From assembly GCA_951406725.2 (NCBI GenBank), contig OX597814.1, positions 152,768,001 through 152,832,000 on the forward strand: 64,000 bases of DNA, in the 5' to 3' direction. A program made the translations under genes and the position numbers. The notes beneath the pieces were generated by a model. That model was given only the letters and a program-made list of their open reading frames with translations, did no database searches and was not told the origin of the DNA. Of the stretch, positions 26,170 to 40,129 are shown in pieces. Source of the DNA: Octopus vulgaris (taxonomy: Eukaryota). Each line of letters begins with the position of its first letter. Position 1 is the stretch's first letter.

Positions 26170-26640
26170 ATCTATCGTAATCCCTCAACAAGTGTTACAT
26201 TCCAAACCCCGCAGTGATAGGTGAAAATCCACGAAATAGAACAGTATTGTATTTTTTAAAATTAATTTCATAATTTGTATATATTTATTTTATTATAAAT
26301 TCAAAACAACACCACACACTCGCCTCCTGAGTTTCGTTTTTTATAGAGTATGTACGATTCTTTGTTTACTAATCTACGGTACACTACGTATTTTCTTTTA
26401 ATATATTTTAATTAATGTTATGCAGAGCAGTACTGTACTGTATCTTCATTTATTGATTTATTAATTTATAGGCATGAAAATGCTTATTTTACCACAGAAA
26501 TAATTAAAATCTAAAAAAATAGAAATACCTATCCGCTGAAGAAACCCGCGATGTACTGAGGAGTCTGCGATATAAATTTACATACATTAGCCAGAAATCC
26601 ACGATGTACTGAGGGCGCAATATGGCAAGATCTCACTGTA
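26170..26640. mobile_element. pogo/Tigger-like MITE (degenerate)
   Basis: gtaatccctc... start, ...ctcactg|ta end, repeated (a)atccacga/cccgcgatgtactgagg subterminal motifs. Confidence 0.45.
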
Positions 26641-26674
26641 CACAGCTTTTATTTTTACAGTTATTTATACGGTA

Positions 26675-29600
26675 CTAGCAGAAATACCCGGCGCTGTCCA
26701 GGTTAAAGAGACTAATGAAATTTTAAAATGTTTAGATTACGCAGGTCTCAACTGCTAGTAGCTGAAATACCAACTTTCTACATTAATAACTCTCCAACCT
26801 ATGCCATCATGAAACATAAACGTTAAGTGAAATGTTAAAAGAAAGTTTTCAACTCATATATGTATATAAAATAAATACACGTAAATCAAAAATACGTTTT
26901 GTGTAGCTTATTTCGTAACTAAAAAACAGGTACACATTATAAACAATGAAAGACCGATTTTGGTGATTCATTTGACAGAGGTAGTAGAGAGCCAATCCAA
27001 TGATAAATCTGAACTTTGGATCTTGAAAGTTTACATGAATTCTGGTTCAGTTAAATCTCTGTGGCTCCAAATGATGTCATCTGTAAGTACAGCATTTTAT
27101 TGTCTGCTTTTGTTTTGGAAGTGCTTGGAATCTTGGTCAGTTGATGACAACAGTTTCTTCAATGGCTCTGGAGACTGAGGGATTGCAGGGAGTTTAACCT
27201 TTCTACCACTGCAGCACAGTGCAGGTGTCTCTCCAGGCCACTTCCTTGCTTTGCAATGTATGCGCTCAGTTGTCATTGCACTAAAGGAAACTCTAGTGTC
27301 ATCTGCATAATGAACTGCTTGATCATAATTGAAAGCTGCTTCTTTGAGCTGTTGTAACTGCTCTTTGTTCTGCAGTGGAGATCCTATTCCTTGTCAGCTG
27401 TGCATACCTCTGTTTATCACTTTGAGATGCTCTAGCTTTTGTAGTGCACAGTCAGTTCGTTTCTTGGCATGCGTTCCTTTCTGCTGCTGTATCTCTTTCC
27501 CTGGGCTGAGAATTCTTTTGACTGATCTTAACATTGTAGACAAATTTGACACTTTCCTTATAGGAATGGTTATATACGTATACAGAAATACAGAGGTGCA
27601 CAAGATAGTAAACAATAAAAATAGATGGGTAACAGAAATCATATCTTTTATAATTATAAGTAAATAAGAAATTTTTATGGAAAATAAAAAATTGTATGGG
27701 TTGAAGCAAAATTTGTCAGTGAACCAGAGAGGCAGTATCGAAGGAACCAGAAAGAGCCATTAACAACAGAAAAGCTCAAAACCATTGCAAAAGTAAATAA
27801 GAATACTTTAGGGAAATTAACTAAGAATAAAGTTTGAAGTGAAATTTACTTCTGTCAGTAAATTATGTATGAAATTACTTTCATCAGTAATTGTGAACTT
27901 CCTTCTATCAGTAATTTGTCATTGTTGTTTGTAAATACCAATTGAAAACTTACAGTGAAAACAATAGCAATTGAACTTAAAGTGAAAACAATAGCATCTG
28001 AAAAATAAAAGTGAAAATAATAGAGAGTGACCGAGATATATATAGAGAGAGCTAGCAAGTTAGACAAATAAGGCAGATATAGATAGATAGACATAGAGAC
28101 AGAGATGGATTGAGAGGTATAGATAGAGGAATTACAACCGTGTTTCATAGTCTGCTTCCACAACAGCTCCTTTATAGGATCCAGTTAGCTCAAGACATCA
28201 TCAGGAGGAACTACGTCCGGTTTCGGCCCCTACTCCTCTACCGTTTTGACTGGCGAGGCCCCCTCTTTTGGAGGTGTCTTCAGCTCTGGTGTTGGGTGCA
28301 TGTCTTCTTTCTTTTTTCTTCTGTTCCCTGGCCTCTTCGGTGTAGCGTCAACGAGTGTCAGCCGGCGACTGCCTGACTTGTCAAAATTTCTCCCTTTAAA
28401 TACCTGCCGCTAGGCTCCAGCAGGCAGCCCCAGCAAGTTGTCACGTGACACTGTCTCAGCTTTAACTGACCAATGAAAACGCGTAGTCTTAGCCCACGCA
28501 TTCTCTAAACGACCATCACCTGTCAGTCAGCGAAGCTAATTCAGTGTCAGCTTGTCTCACCTAGTGATGTTATTTCCCGCCAGCATGTTATAACTTTCAA
28601 GCCATTTTTAGTCTTCTCGCTTTTTCGACCGCCTCCTGTACTCTCCTTATTAGTTTTCGCAGCTCGGAGCTAGAAAAAAATAAATCTTTTGAATAGCGTT
28701 GTCATTTTCCTTTCAATGAAGCATCTAGCCCCCACTGCCAGGTGATAATACTCGACATTCCATCCCTGTTCTCTGCACTCTTCGATTAGTTTTTCGTACC
28801 TCTTCTCCGTTCATTCCTCTGCATTGCCAATGTTCTCTTTCCATGGCACTGTCATTTCTAGCAAAATTCCTATTCTCCGTTATCTGGGACTAAATCTGGT
28901 CTTTTTGTCGTTTTTGTTAGTGGAAATATTACTTGTCTTTCCAAATCCATGGCCACCTCCCAGTATCCCTTCCATCTTTTGTCTATCTCGTATATTTTAC
29001 TTGTAGGCCTGGTTTTATATCCTTTTCCCTCCTTCTGGAAGTATACTTTTCTGCGCTTTTCTAGTTTTGGGTACTCTCCCCTATTGCACCTCTTGATCTT
29101 CTCCTTGAGTGCTGCGCTTATGACGCCGAGGACTTGATTATGCCGCCATGTATATCTTTCTAGTGCTAGTCTGCAGTTTGACAGAACATGTCTAATCGTC
29201 GCTTTCTCTCCGCATCTACACTCATCGGTCGTTTTTATGTTCCACCGGACTAAGTTCGCCGGTGAGGGTAGAACATTGAAGGTGGACTTGATCAGGAAGG
29301 ATGTTCTTGCTTGTTCCCTAGCCCAAAGTTCCTTCCATGATATTCTGCGGCTGATTACATATTCCTCCCATCTCAGGCACTGTCCCTGTTGACTACATTG
29401 CACCAGATGTACATTTCACCTTTCTTCTTCCTCCTTTCTCAATTCGTATACTACTCCTATTTCATCTCTTTTATACTGCTCTTGCAAAATGGCCTGAAAT
29501 TTTGCGACCCTAGGCCGGCTCTTGCTTCTTGCGTCGCTCCGACTATATCTGCGTGCCTCAGTTTTCCGATTGCCCTGTTTACTGCCTCTTCAGCCTTCCA

Positions 29601-30645
29601 TTTCCTCCCTGTTCGTACCATTGGAGGGTTTTCCCGGATGCTCTGATCTTTTGAATACCTTAGCATCATTACTGTTATTTGATGTTATTGGTAGTTGCAG
29701 CACGAGTTTTCCATATAGTGCAGCTGTATTAAGTGGTTTCGGCAGACCAAGCCATTTTCTGATAAACACACTGCATCTTTTTTCTATCCTTTCTATTCTA
29801 CTCGAGGCTATTTCGTACATTTGCCATGGCCATATTATCCTTGGGTACAGCCCAAATTGCAGTATCCAACATTTGAATTTTCCCGGCAGCGTTGTTCTGT
29901 CAATTGCCTTTAATTCGTGTTCTACTAACTCGTGTGTTTCTTTCCCTTGCTTTTTACCATTTAATAATTCTCTATACCATCTGCCGAGACTCTTTACTGG
30001 TTGTTCTTTCACCGTTGATATGTCTTCACTTCCTATCCTGAATTTTACTTCTTCTTGCATTCCTTTCACGAAAGCCACACTTCGAGATTTTTTGGTTTTG
30101 AATTTCATCCTTGCCCATCCTATCAGTTCGTCCAACCGCTCTAACTCTGCTGCTTCTCTACTTTCTCATAATACAGTTATGTCGTCCATAAAAGCCCTTG
30201 TGTATTTGTAACAGCTTTCTCACAGTTTGTAGATCTAAGTAACATTTCCATGACTAGCACGAATAAGAGATAGACATACATATAGAGAGTTATAGACAGA
30301 GAGATATAGACGCAAGAAAACTGGAAGTAAATATTTTAAAAACTTTTAAAGTCTAATATAAAAAGCAATATTTAAAATTTTTTTTATGACCGATAGATGT
30401 ACGGGAGACAATCAGTATCTGAAAGTTACTTTGCAAAGAGTTACCTCCCTTTTCCACGTAACCCAGGAACAGGTGTTTTCTGCCCCCCAGGGGCCTGTTA
30501 CTCATTATGTGAAAACTTTTAAGAGTCTAAAATCATCCTTGGAACACAAGTAATGTATGTTCCTAGTTTGGAGAAAATCAGTTGAAAATACGGTCATTAT
30601 AATCTTCTACACACACTCACACACAGAACAGGATTTATATTATAT
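26675..30645 (-). mobile_element. Deletion-derivative Helitron keeping the RepHel N-terminus, with a HERO LINE inside
   Basis: 3' hairpin CCTGGACAGCGCCGGG and CTAG|T at 26675. Minus-strand 26970-27540 encodes HCKARKWPGETPALCCSGRKVKLP...PEPLKKLL...FKIQ..QIYHWIGSLLP (Helitron Rep zinc-finger region) with stops. The 5' boundary is approximate. Confidence 0.75.
28130..30265 (-). pseudogene. HERO-clade non-LTR retrotransposon, 5'-truncated (RT, zinc knuckle, RLE, 3' UTR)
   Basis: RAFMDDIT, WARMKFKTKKSRS, LPGKFKCW, QQGQCLRWE, FLIKSTFNVLPSPANL, CRCG..TIRHVLSNC, YTWRHNQVL, RPDL, EMTVPW; a few frameshifts. Confidence 0.85.
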
Positions 30646-31494
30646 ATATGACAGGCTTCTTTCAGTTTCTGTCTACCAAATCTACTCAAAAGGCTTTGGT
30701 CAACTTGAGGCTATAGCAGAAGACACTTGCCTAAGGTGCTACTTGGTGGGACTGACCTCACAATCATGTGGTTTGGAAGCAAACTGTGGGTGAACTAAGA
30801 ATGTAAATACTTTGCTATTAATGAAAAAAATTGCCTAGGAATAACATAGAAAGAATATATTTACATCCTCAGTTTTTCCATAGAGCTTTGTAATTCTTTT
30901 ATTTGTTTCAGTCATGTGACTGTAGCCATGCTGGAGCACTGCCTTTAGTCAAGTAAATTGACCCCAGAACTTTTTCTTTGTAAGCCTAGTACATATTCTA
31001 TTGATCTCTTTTGCCGAACTGCTAAGTTACAGGGACGTAAACACAGTAACCTCTGTTGTCAAACAATGGTTTGGGGGTGGAGTGGACAAACACTGACACA
31101 CAAACATATACACACATATACATACATATATATATACATATATATATATATATGTACGACCGGCTTCTTTCAGTTTCCATCTACCAAATCCACTCACAAG
31201 GCTTTGGTTGGCCTGAGGCTATAGTAGACGACACTTGCTCAAGGTGCCATGCAGTAGGACTGAACCCGGAACCATATGATTGGTAAGCAAGCTACTTACC
31301 ATACAGCCACTCCTGTGCCTATTTTTACATTTATTTCAGTTCTTGTGATTTATACTGTTGTGCTTAGTGAAGATAGATAGATAGAGAGAGAGAGACAGAG
31401 AGAGATGCAAAATGAATCTAGCATCAAATGCGCCTAATTAAATATATACAATACTAACTTCTTTTGTCTAAATATTAATGTTCATCACTACCAT

Positions 31495-31970
31495 TATCAT
31501 TTAACGTCATTTCTCCATGCTGGCATGGATTGGATGGTTTGACAGGAGCTGGCCTGTCAGAGAGCTGCACCAGACTCCATCTATCTGTTTTGGCATGGTT
31601 TCTACAGCTGGATGCCCTTCCCAACACCAACCACTTTACAGAGTGTACCGGGTGCTTTTTATGTGGAATCAGCACCAGTGCTATTACATGGCACCAGAAC
31701 AGGTGCTTTTATGTGGCACTAGCACAGTTGCTTTTCACACGGCACCAGCACAGGTGCTTTTCACATGGCACCAGCATGGGTGCTATTCACGTGACACTGG
31801 CATGGATGCTTTTTATGTGGACTGGGTCATTGTTACATGGCATTGGTATGGGTGCTTTTCACATGGCACTGGCACAGGTAATTTTTATGTGGCACCAGCA
31901 CAGTTCTTTATTATGTGACACTGGCACAGATGCTTTTCACATGGCACCGGCATGGGTTATGTGACATTGC
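31495..31970 (-). repeat. Old RTE-type 3' end with a diverged ~20-28-bp tandem repeat
   Basis: Repeating ggtgcttttcacatggcaccagcac-like units after the family tail. Confidence 0.65.
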
Positions 31971-33052
31971 CATGTTGAACCTATATTTCTCTGATTTTTC
32001 TGCATTTAATCACTGTAGTTAGAATTTGTAGTATCGTTCCAGAGTTTATTCTAGTTATTCAGGTAATAAAGTATTGAGAGAGATTTTTTTTGTAGGTGCA
32101 GGAGTGGCTGTGTGGTAAGTAGCTTGCTTACCAACCACATGGTTCCGGGTTCATTCCCACTGCGTGGCACCTTGGGCAAGTGTCTTCTATTATAGCCTTG
32201 GGCTGACCAAAGCCTTGTGAGTGGATTTGGTAGACAGAAACTGAAAGAAGCCCATCGTATGTATGTGTGTGTATATGTTTGTGTCTGTGTTTGTCCCCCC
32301 CCCCTCACATCGCTTGACAACTGATGCTGGTGTGTTTACGTCCCCATAACTTAGCGGTTCGGCAAAAGAGACTGATAGAATAAGTACTAGGCTTACAAGG
32401 AATAAGTCCTGGGGATGATTTGCTTGACTAAAGGCAGTGCTCCAGCATGGCCACAGTCATATGACTGAAACAAGTAAAAGAGGAAAAGAGTATCAGTTGC
32501 CTACTTGTAGTTGTTGATAAGGTTTAGCTATGTCAGTTTTCGTCCAGTAGACTAATGATGAAAGCTATTCCAGCCATGACCATCCATTTTTTTTTTTTAC
32601 TTTCAAACATAGTGTATCAAGGACTATTTTATAATATACTTTTGTTTTTGAGGTTGTGGAGTGTAGCATGAGGGTGGTTTTGTTACTATTTCTAGTAAGT
32701 TGAGTGATCACATAGAAATTCCATTCTAAGTTGTCTCCTTTTTGAGATTGTGGCATGTGGCTTAAAAATCACTGAAACCATGATCATTTCATCTTCATTA
32801 TTTTTAGATATAATGTATCTAGGATTACATTATCCAATGATCTGTTTTTTTCTAGATGTTAGGGTGATTTGAGAAAGGTTTGACTGCTATATCTAATAGG
32901 TCAAATGACCACATAGACGTACCTTTGTTTGCTTAGTATATTGTAAGTTTTGGTTTTTGCCCTGAAAGCTACAGAAACATTTGTTAATAACACAATGCCT
33001 TTAGTCTAAACTAGTAATTTATCTTTTTCTTTGGTACCAATTTTATAATTAA

Positions 33053-33272
33053 CCCTTTCGTAACCAACCCGGCTGAAACCAGCTCTGGCTCTGAGTACAA
33101 ATGTCTTGTTTTCATAAGTTTTGAATTAAAATCTTCCACCAAACCTTAGTCACAATTTATGTTCCTAACACTAGCAGAATGATAACGAAGTTATTTTACT
33201 AAATTCTTTGTTATATTTAAAGTAATTGAAAGAAACACAGAGCATCTCAAAATAAATACAGTAACGAAAGGG
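33053..33272. mobile_element. piggyBac-like MITE
   Basis: TTAA TSD and TIR CCCTTTCG; a second copy in reverse orientation at about 52873-53093. Confidence 0.8.
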
Positions 33273-33900
33273 TTAAAAGAATTGAGTCATTGTGTTTGGA
33301 TTTCTTTAATAGAGACATAACGCTGCACCAGTAACCAGAAGATTTGATCCAATGACCACTCTCAACTTCAGTTGATAATCTGAGATATTAACAATTCAAT
33401 TGAATGAGATACTGTTGCTAATTCCATTCTCACCATAAATAAAGACTAGTATGGACCAGAAGTGACAAAAAAATGGGTTTGAATATGGCCGACACTCATA
33501 CCTAGAAAAACAGAAAAGTTATAGAAGCTTCAGTGAAATTTTGAAACCAACAGAACCCTAGGAGACAAAGGCCTTCCCTCAGGGAAATATGTAATGTAGA
33601 GCAGCAAAATTTGAAAAAGCTGCAGTATCATAAAACCAGTGATCCAACTGGAGAGAAAGGGAAAAGACAGCTTAGTCTCAAAACTAGTGGGGATGGGGTT
33701 GTTGGTGGCCTTTACTTATTAGGGATTGAAGGGCTTAAGTATACTAAATGATAAAGTTGATACAAATCAGGTTATACCCTAAGCTGTTGTCTCTTAGCTT
33801 TTACTACCTTATTAACCATGTCATTCCACCATTGCATAACCTTCAGTTTATTTGTGATTTTGCTCCAGCCACATGTCTGATATGTAGACCTAAGCAGATT

Positions 33901-36192
33901 CATCATCATCATCATCATTTAACGTCCGCTTTCCATGCTAGCATGGGTTGGACGGTTCAACTGGGGTCTGGGGAGCCCGAAAGCTGCACCAGTCCAGTCA
34001 GATCTGGCAGTGTTTCTACAGCTGGATGCCCTTCCTAACGCCAACCACTCCGAGAGTGTAGTGGGTGATTTTATGTGCCACTGACACAGGTGCCAGATGA
34101 GGCTGGCAAACGGCCACGCTCGGATGGTGTTTTTTACGTGCCACCGACACAGGTACCAGACGAGGCTGGCAGACGGCCACGCTCGGATGGTGTTTTTATG
34201 TGCCACCGACACAGGTGCCAGATGAGGCTGGCAAACGGCCACGATCGGATGGTGTTTGTTACGTGCCCACAGCACGGAGGCCAGTCGATGCGGTACTGGC
34301 TACGGCCACGTTCGGATGGTTTTCTTGTGTGCCACGTGTCACCGGCACTGGTACCACAAAGATACAAATTCCATTGATGTTCATCTATTTTGATTTGTTT
34401 TGATTTTCACTTGCCTCAACAGGTCTTCACAAGTGTCACAAGAAGGAAGGTATGCACAGGTGGACTGACTACGTCCCAGGTAGGGGCCAGGGGTTATGGC
34501 GTGACTAGTCTTGCCGGGTCTTCGGATGGTGTTTTTATGTGCCACCGACACAGGTGCCAGATGAGGCTGGCGAACGGCCACGATCGGATGGTGTTTGTTA
34601 CGTGCCCACAGCACGGAGGCCAGTCGGTGCGGTACTGGCTACGGCCACGTTCGGATGGTTTTCTTGTGTGCCACCGGCACTGGTACCACAAAGATACAAT
34701 TCCATTAATGTTCATCTATTTTGATTTGTTTTGATTTGAGTTGATTTGATTTCATTTTGATTTTCATTTGCCTCAACAGGCCTTCACAAGTATCACAAGG
34801 AGGAAGGTATGCACAGGTGGACTGACTACGTCCCAGGTAGGGGCCATGGGATATGGCCTGACTAGTCTTGCCGGGTCTTCGGATGGTGTTTTTATGTGCC
34901 ACCGACACAGGTGCTAGATGAGGCTGGCGAACGGCCACGATCGGATGGTGTTTGTTATGTGCCCACAGCACGATGGCCAGTCGATGCGGTACTGACTACG
35001 GCCACGTTCGGATGGATTTCTTGTGTGCCACAGGCACTGGTACCACAAAGATACAAATTCCATTGATGTTCATCTATTTTGATTTGATTTGATTTGATTT
35101 TCACTTGCCTCAACAGGTCTTCACAAGTGTCACAAGAAGGAAGGTATGCACAGGTGGACTGACTAGTCTTGCCGGGTCTTCGGAAGGTGTTTTTATGTGC
35201 CACCAACACAGGTAACAGATGAGGCTGGCGAACGGCCATGATCGGATGGTGTTTGTTACGTGCCCACAGCACGGAGGCCGGTCGATGCGGAACTGGCTAC
35301 GGCCACGTTCGGATGGTTCTCTTGTGTGCCACCGGCACTGGTACCACAAAGATACAGATTCCATTGATGTTCATCTATTTTGATTTGTTTTGATTTTGAT
35401 TTTCACTTGCCTCAACAGGTCTTCACAAGTGTCACAAGAAGGAAGGTATGCACAGGTGGACTGACTACGTCCCAGGTAGGGGCCATGGGTTATGGCCTGA
35501 CTAGTCTTGCCGGGTCTTCGGATGGTGTTTTTATGTGCCACCGACACAGGTGCTAGATGAGGCTGGCGAACAGCCACGATCGGATGGTGTTTGTCATGCG
35601 CCCACAGCACGGAGGCCAGTCGATGCGGTACTGGCTATGGCCACTTTCGGATGGTTTTCTCTTGTGTGCCACCGGCACTGGTACCACAAAGATACAAATT
35701 CCATTGATGTTCATCTATTTTGATTTGTTTTGATTTGTTGCCTCAACAGGCCTTCACAAGTATCACAAGGAGGAAGGTATGCACAGGTGGACTGACTACG
35801 TCCCAGGTAGGGGCCATGGGTTATGGCCTGACTAGTCTTGCCGGGTCTTCGGATGGTGTTTTTATGTGCCACCGACACAGGTGCTAGATGAGGCTGGCGA
35901 ACGGCCACGATCGGATGGTGTTTGTTATGTGCCCACAGCACGATGGCCAGTGATGCGGTACTGACTACGGCCACGTTCGGATGGATTCTTGTGTGCCACC
36001 GGCACTGGTACCACAAAGATACAAATTCCATTGATGTTCATCTATTTTGATTTGTTTTGATTTTCACTTGCCTCAACAGGTCTTCACAAGTGTCACAAGA
36101 AGGAAGGTATGCACAGGTGGACTGACTACGTCCCAGGTAGGGGCCATGGGTTATGGCCTGACTAGTCTTGCCGGGTCTTCGGATGGTGTTTT
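33901..36192 (-). repeat. RTE-type 3' end expanded into a hierarchical tandem array (six ~300-360-bp units)
   Basis: Marker ttcatctattttgattt near 34381, 34711, 35069, 35370, 35710 and 36037; units contain ~55-60-bp subrepeats; (CAT)n tail at 33901. Confidence 0.9.
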
Positions 36193-38361
36193 CATAAAAA
36201 TTCCCAGTTGTTATTTATGCTACAGGTTTGTAAATTGTCTTTCAGTGCCCGTCTATCAAATCTAAACATAACATTTTGGTTGCTCAGGTGCTACAATGAC
36301 ACTTGTTCAAGGGGCCATTCAGAGTCATATGGTTGGAAAAATTTCTCAACCACACAGTTATGTCTGCACTTACAAATACACACACACACATATATCAAGT
36401 AGTGGGAATCTAAATGGTTCTGGCAATTAACTTGGTTGTACTTTAATGTATATTTGGTTAATAAGGTTCTCAGAAAGATATACTCAATGAGCATGAATAC
36501 ATTGGGCCCCCAATATGTTCGTGTGCACACATATACATAGAAACATCTGTTGGATTTCTATCAAACAAATTCCACTCTACTCTGAAGACTTTGGCCAACA
36601 TGGGGTTAAAGGGGAAAACACTTGCCCAAAGACCTATGCAGTGGGATCAAACCTGAAGCCACATGACCGCTAAGCAAACTTCTTGATTTCAACAGAAGTA
36701 GGGGTAAGCACTGTTGTTTTGATCGTATATTAATGCAAGTAGAGGTAGTGATAGCAAAATATATAGTCTAAGTATTATAGAAGATGATTGGGGAGTAACT
36801 GCTTCTATTGATGACGAAGGGTTTGACTGTGTGCTGCAGCCCCACAAAGGTTAGACTCCAAGTAATCACTGGTATTCATTTTAAGCTGAGTAATATAGAG
36901 GGACAGAGATGAGAACCTCATAAGAATAACTGATCATCCACAAAAAGAAACATTAGAATTTAAACTTATTTTATCAATACAAAATAGATTATAGATTGCA
37001 AACTCACTGTCTGCCTTTGATAAACAAAATCCCCAAATCATTAAATAATGCAATATTTATATTTATTTTATTTCAAAGACTGATAATAAATAAATAAATA
37101 AAGATGTTGAAGCAATACACAATGATACAAGAAGCATACAAAGGGCAAGTAAAATATTATTACAAAGAAATTAGGACAATGAACTTCGATGTGACTAAGA
37201 TGAACTTTTAACATAGAAAGAAAATCTATTTAGTTACGTTCTTTCTAATTTTCTATTGTGCTTTTTTAAAAAGTGTGTACATTTATTTCTGACAAAAAGA
37301 AGGCTGTCTAATATTGCTTAAATTAAACTTCTATTTTAATTAAAATAAAAAAATTAAAAAAATTAATATGAATTTAAGATGAAGAAAAATGGTTTCAAAG
37401 TCCACTGTACAAGAATGGACTGAAACAAATTTTAGATATTATGAATAATTCTTTAAATATTCTCGAAAAGGACTACAGCAAAAGAAAAAAATTAGAGAAA
37501 TTACTGATAGGAATCGATGTGCTTAATATTAGTTTACAGTTAATATGTACTTTATTGACTTATCCCAATTGGTTACTCTGTTTTGTTCAATCTGGCTGAG
37601 GGGCTCATAGTAGTTTCCTGTCATTAGCACACCATTATATACATGGTGAAAACTTTTAACACTTAAAACAAAAAAAAAAAAAGGGTTTAACCAATCTTCA
37701 GCGGTTCAGTTTGTTGCCACAACTAAAGTATGTTTTGATTTAATCCTTCCAAGAGAGTAGCTTCGAGAGGTTGTACCTTCCTTAAACAATCCTACACAAG
37801 ATACACTAAATGAAGACGAAATATTTAAGTGGTGCCTTATGTGTCAATAGTTCATGATAACCAGTTATAAAATACTTAGATTTGTATCTATTAGAAAATA
37901 GAAGTTAAGAATAATACTAACTATAGTATAAGAATAAATATAACAAAATTTATAATAGTTAATGCAATACAATATAGGTTGATACTAAGTGAAACTTTTT
38001 TAACTTAGTAGTAACTAAAAGAATTTTTAAAAAAAGTTAAAAACTTATTATAAAAAGAGATATAAACCTAATATAAACTATATACACAAAACTGTGAAAT
38101 AAATTCAATCTACAAAATTAGAAATATTGCATTTCTAAATTTCTCAGAGAGATTCATAGATTCATACAGTAGCGCCATGATAAGGTGATGTTACGCTGCC
38201 AATTTAATGTGGCAGTCCCATGAAAGGGAAGAATGCTACTGCTATTTAGCCCTAGGAAACAACATTTCCAGTTCGCCATGACACATTTTCTCTGTCCTTA
38301 TGTTTTCAAAGGGGGAGATAAGCACCTCCACCCTCATTATGTTGGCAACATAACATCACCT

Positions 38362-38392
<31 letters not shown>

Positions 38393-38735
38393 CCAATACC
38401 TATATATTAAAACTATGCACTAAAATTATAAAATTTATATAACTTAGTAGGAATTACACTTTAAAGAAAAAAAATGCTTCAAAATACTTCTGTTGAAATA
38501 TGGAAAAGAAATTGTAAAAAACACCTAAAGTATTGTATTTTTAACACAAAGCCACAGTTGCATATATGACAAAACAACAGAAAGGTAACATCACAATAGT
38601 AAATTCCAGACAAGAATTCTGAAGTAGTTCTTGTCTGTTTTTTTCTTTTTTCTTCAGTTTTGAAATAATTGAAAAGTTCCGTTATGAAGTAGAGTGTCCG
38701 ATAGAAATCCAATTGTCTTCAATCGAAATGGAATG

Positions 38736-38833
38736 TTAGAATCGATCAAAATTTGCTCCAATACCAACAGAAAGATTTTCTTCCTCATCTGATGGCAGAT
38801 ATTCCATAGACCATATGAATGGTACGAATAATA
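38736..38833 (-). CDS. C6orf89: C6orf89/BRAP-like gene, exon 7 (last coding exon)
   Basis: Acceptor tttttcag; (L)LFVPFIWSMEYLPSDEEENLSVGIGANFDRF then TAA; phase matches exon 6. Confidence 0.8.
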
Positions 38834-38944
38834 CTGAAAAAGAAATAAAATAGAGTTAAACTTGAAACAAAGCAACATAGTTTCGTTTTGGGATTTGGTT
38901 TGCAAGATTCTTTATATGAGTTCGTGTTTTGAAGCATATTCTAT

Positions 38945-39066
38945 TGTCTGGGGAGAGTCATTTTCTTTTTGTGCCTTAGGAAAATAAAAATAAGAAATAA
39001 GTGGAAATTTTACTGGTGAGTGTCTGACAATATAAGGCACAAAAAGAAAATGACTCTCCCCAGACA
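38945..39066. repeat. Hairpin MITE with a perfect 34-bp inverted repeat
   Basis: TGTCTGGGGAGAGTCATTTTCTTTTTGTGCCTTA at 38945-38978 and its exact reverse complement at 39033-39066. Confidence 0.85.
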
Positions 39067-39544
39067 CAACAGAAAGCAAAATAGATTTCTTTATTAAGTC
39101 ACGCAGGGCCGAACACAGAGGGACAATACAATGTAGAATTTTCCTTTTGAAAACCGATCGATAGGGATCGAAAACGTTTTGGGACGTTACACAAAGAGAT
39201 AACAAGGTAACTTTTTAACAACAGAAATCCCCAAACGAGGGAGAAGATATAACACTGACTAGGGTTATCCATGGAAAGAAAAGGTAACTTCAGAAAAAAA
39301 ACCATGAGAGTTCTTGTTTTATAAGTTCATGCTCAAATAAACAAAAGCAACATAATCGTTATTCCATCTTGAAAATTAAAATTACGAGTTACCTCCCTTG
39401 ACATTAAAAATTAAGAACGAAGAAAAAATTTAGATGAGAAATTCATTTCCAAATCAGCTGTCATAACTAGATTAGGAATATGTAACACGATAGTAAAAAC
39501 ATCATTTGAAAAGCTATCATCTATGATGATAATGGTGATGATGA

Positions 39545-40120
39545 TGATAATGATCCTTTCTACTAAAGGATCAAGACAGGAAATTTATACTGACCCCAGT
39601 GCTCAACTGTACTTATTTCATTGATCCCCAAAAGGATGAAAGGCAAGGTTGACCTTGGCAGAATTTGAACTTAGTAAGAATGACAATATTGGCTTCAAGT
39701 TTTAGCACAAGGACAGCATTTTCAGGGCAGGATAAGTCAGTTACACTGGCCTCAGTGCTCAGCTGGTACTTATTTTATCAACCCTAAAAGGACGAAAGGC
39801 AAAGTGGTGGAATTTGAACTCAGAATTTAAAGACAGATGCAACACTGTTAAGCATTTTGCCTGGCACGCTAACAATTCTGCCAACTCACCACCTCACTAA
39901 TAATTCTTTCTACTATAGGCATAAGGGCTGAAATTTGGGAGAGGGGACTTGTTGATTACATTGAGCCCAGTGCTCAACCGGTACTTATTTTATCAAGCCA
40001 AACAGGACGAAAGGCAAAGTTGACCTCGTTGGAGTTAGAACTCAGAATGTGAAGACAGAAGAATACCACTTAGAATTTTGTCTATCCAGCACGGTAACAA
40101 TTCTGCCAGCTCACTACCTT
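39545..40120 (-). mobile_element. Cluster of three tandem family A SINE copies
   Basis: cccagtgctcaac...gtacttattt...gaaaggcaaagt occurs three times. Confidence 0.75.
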
Positions 40121-40129
40121 AGAAATAAT

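Noticed and set aside
33901-36192. CRISPR-like appearance of the repeat array
   Set aside because: There are no unique spacers: whole units repeat, the array is continuous with a retroposon tail, the context is eukaryotic and no cas genes are present.
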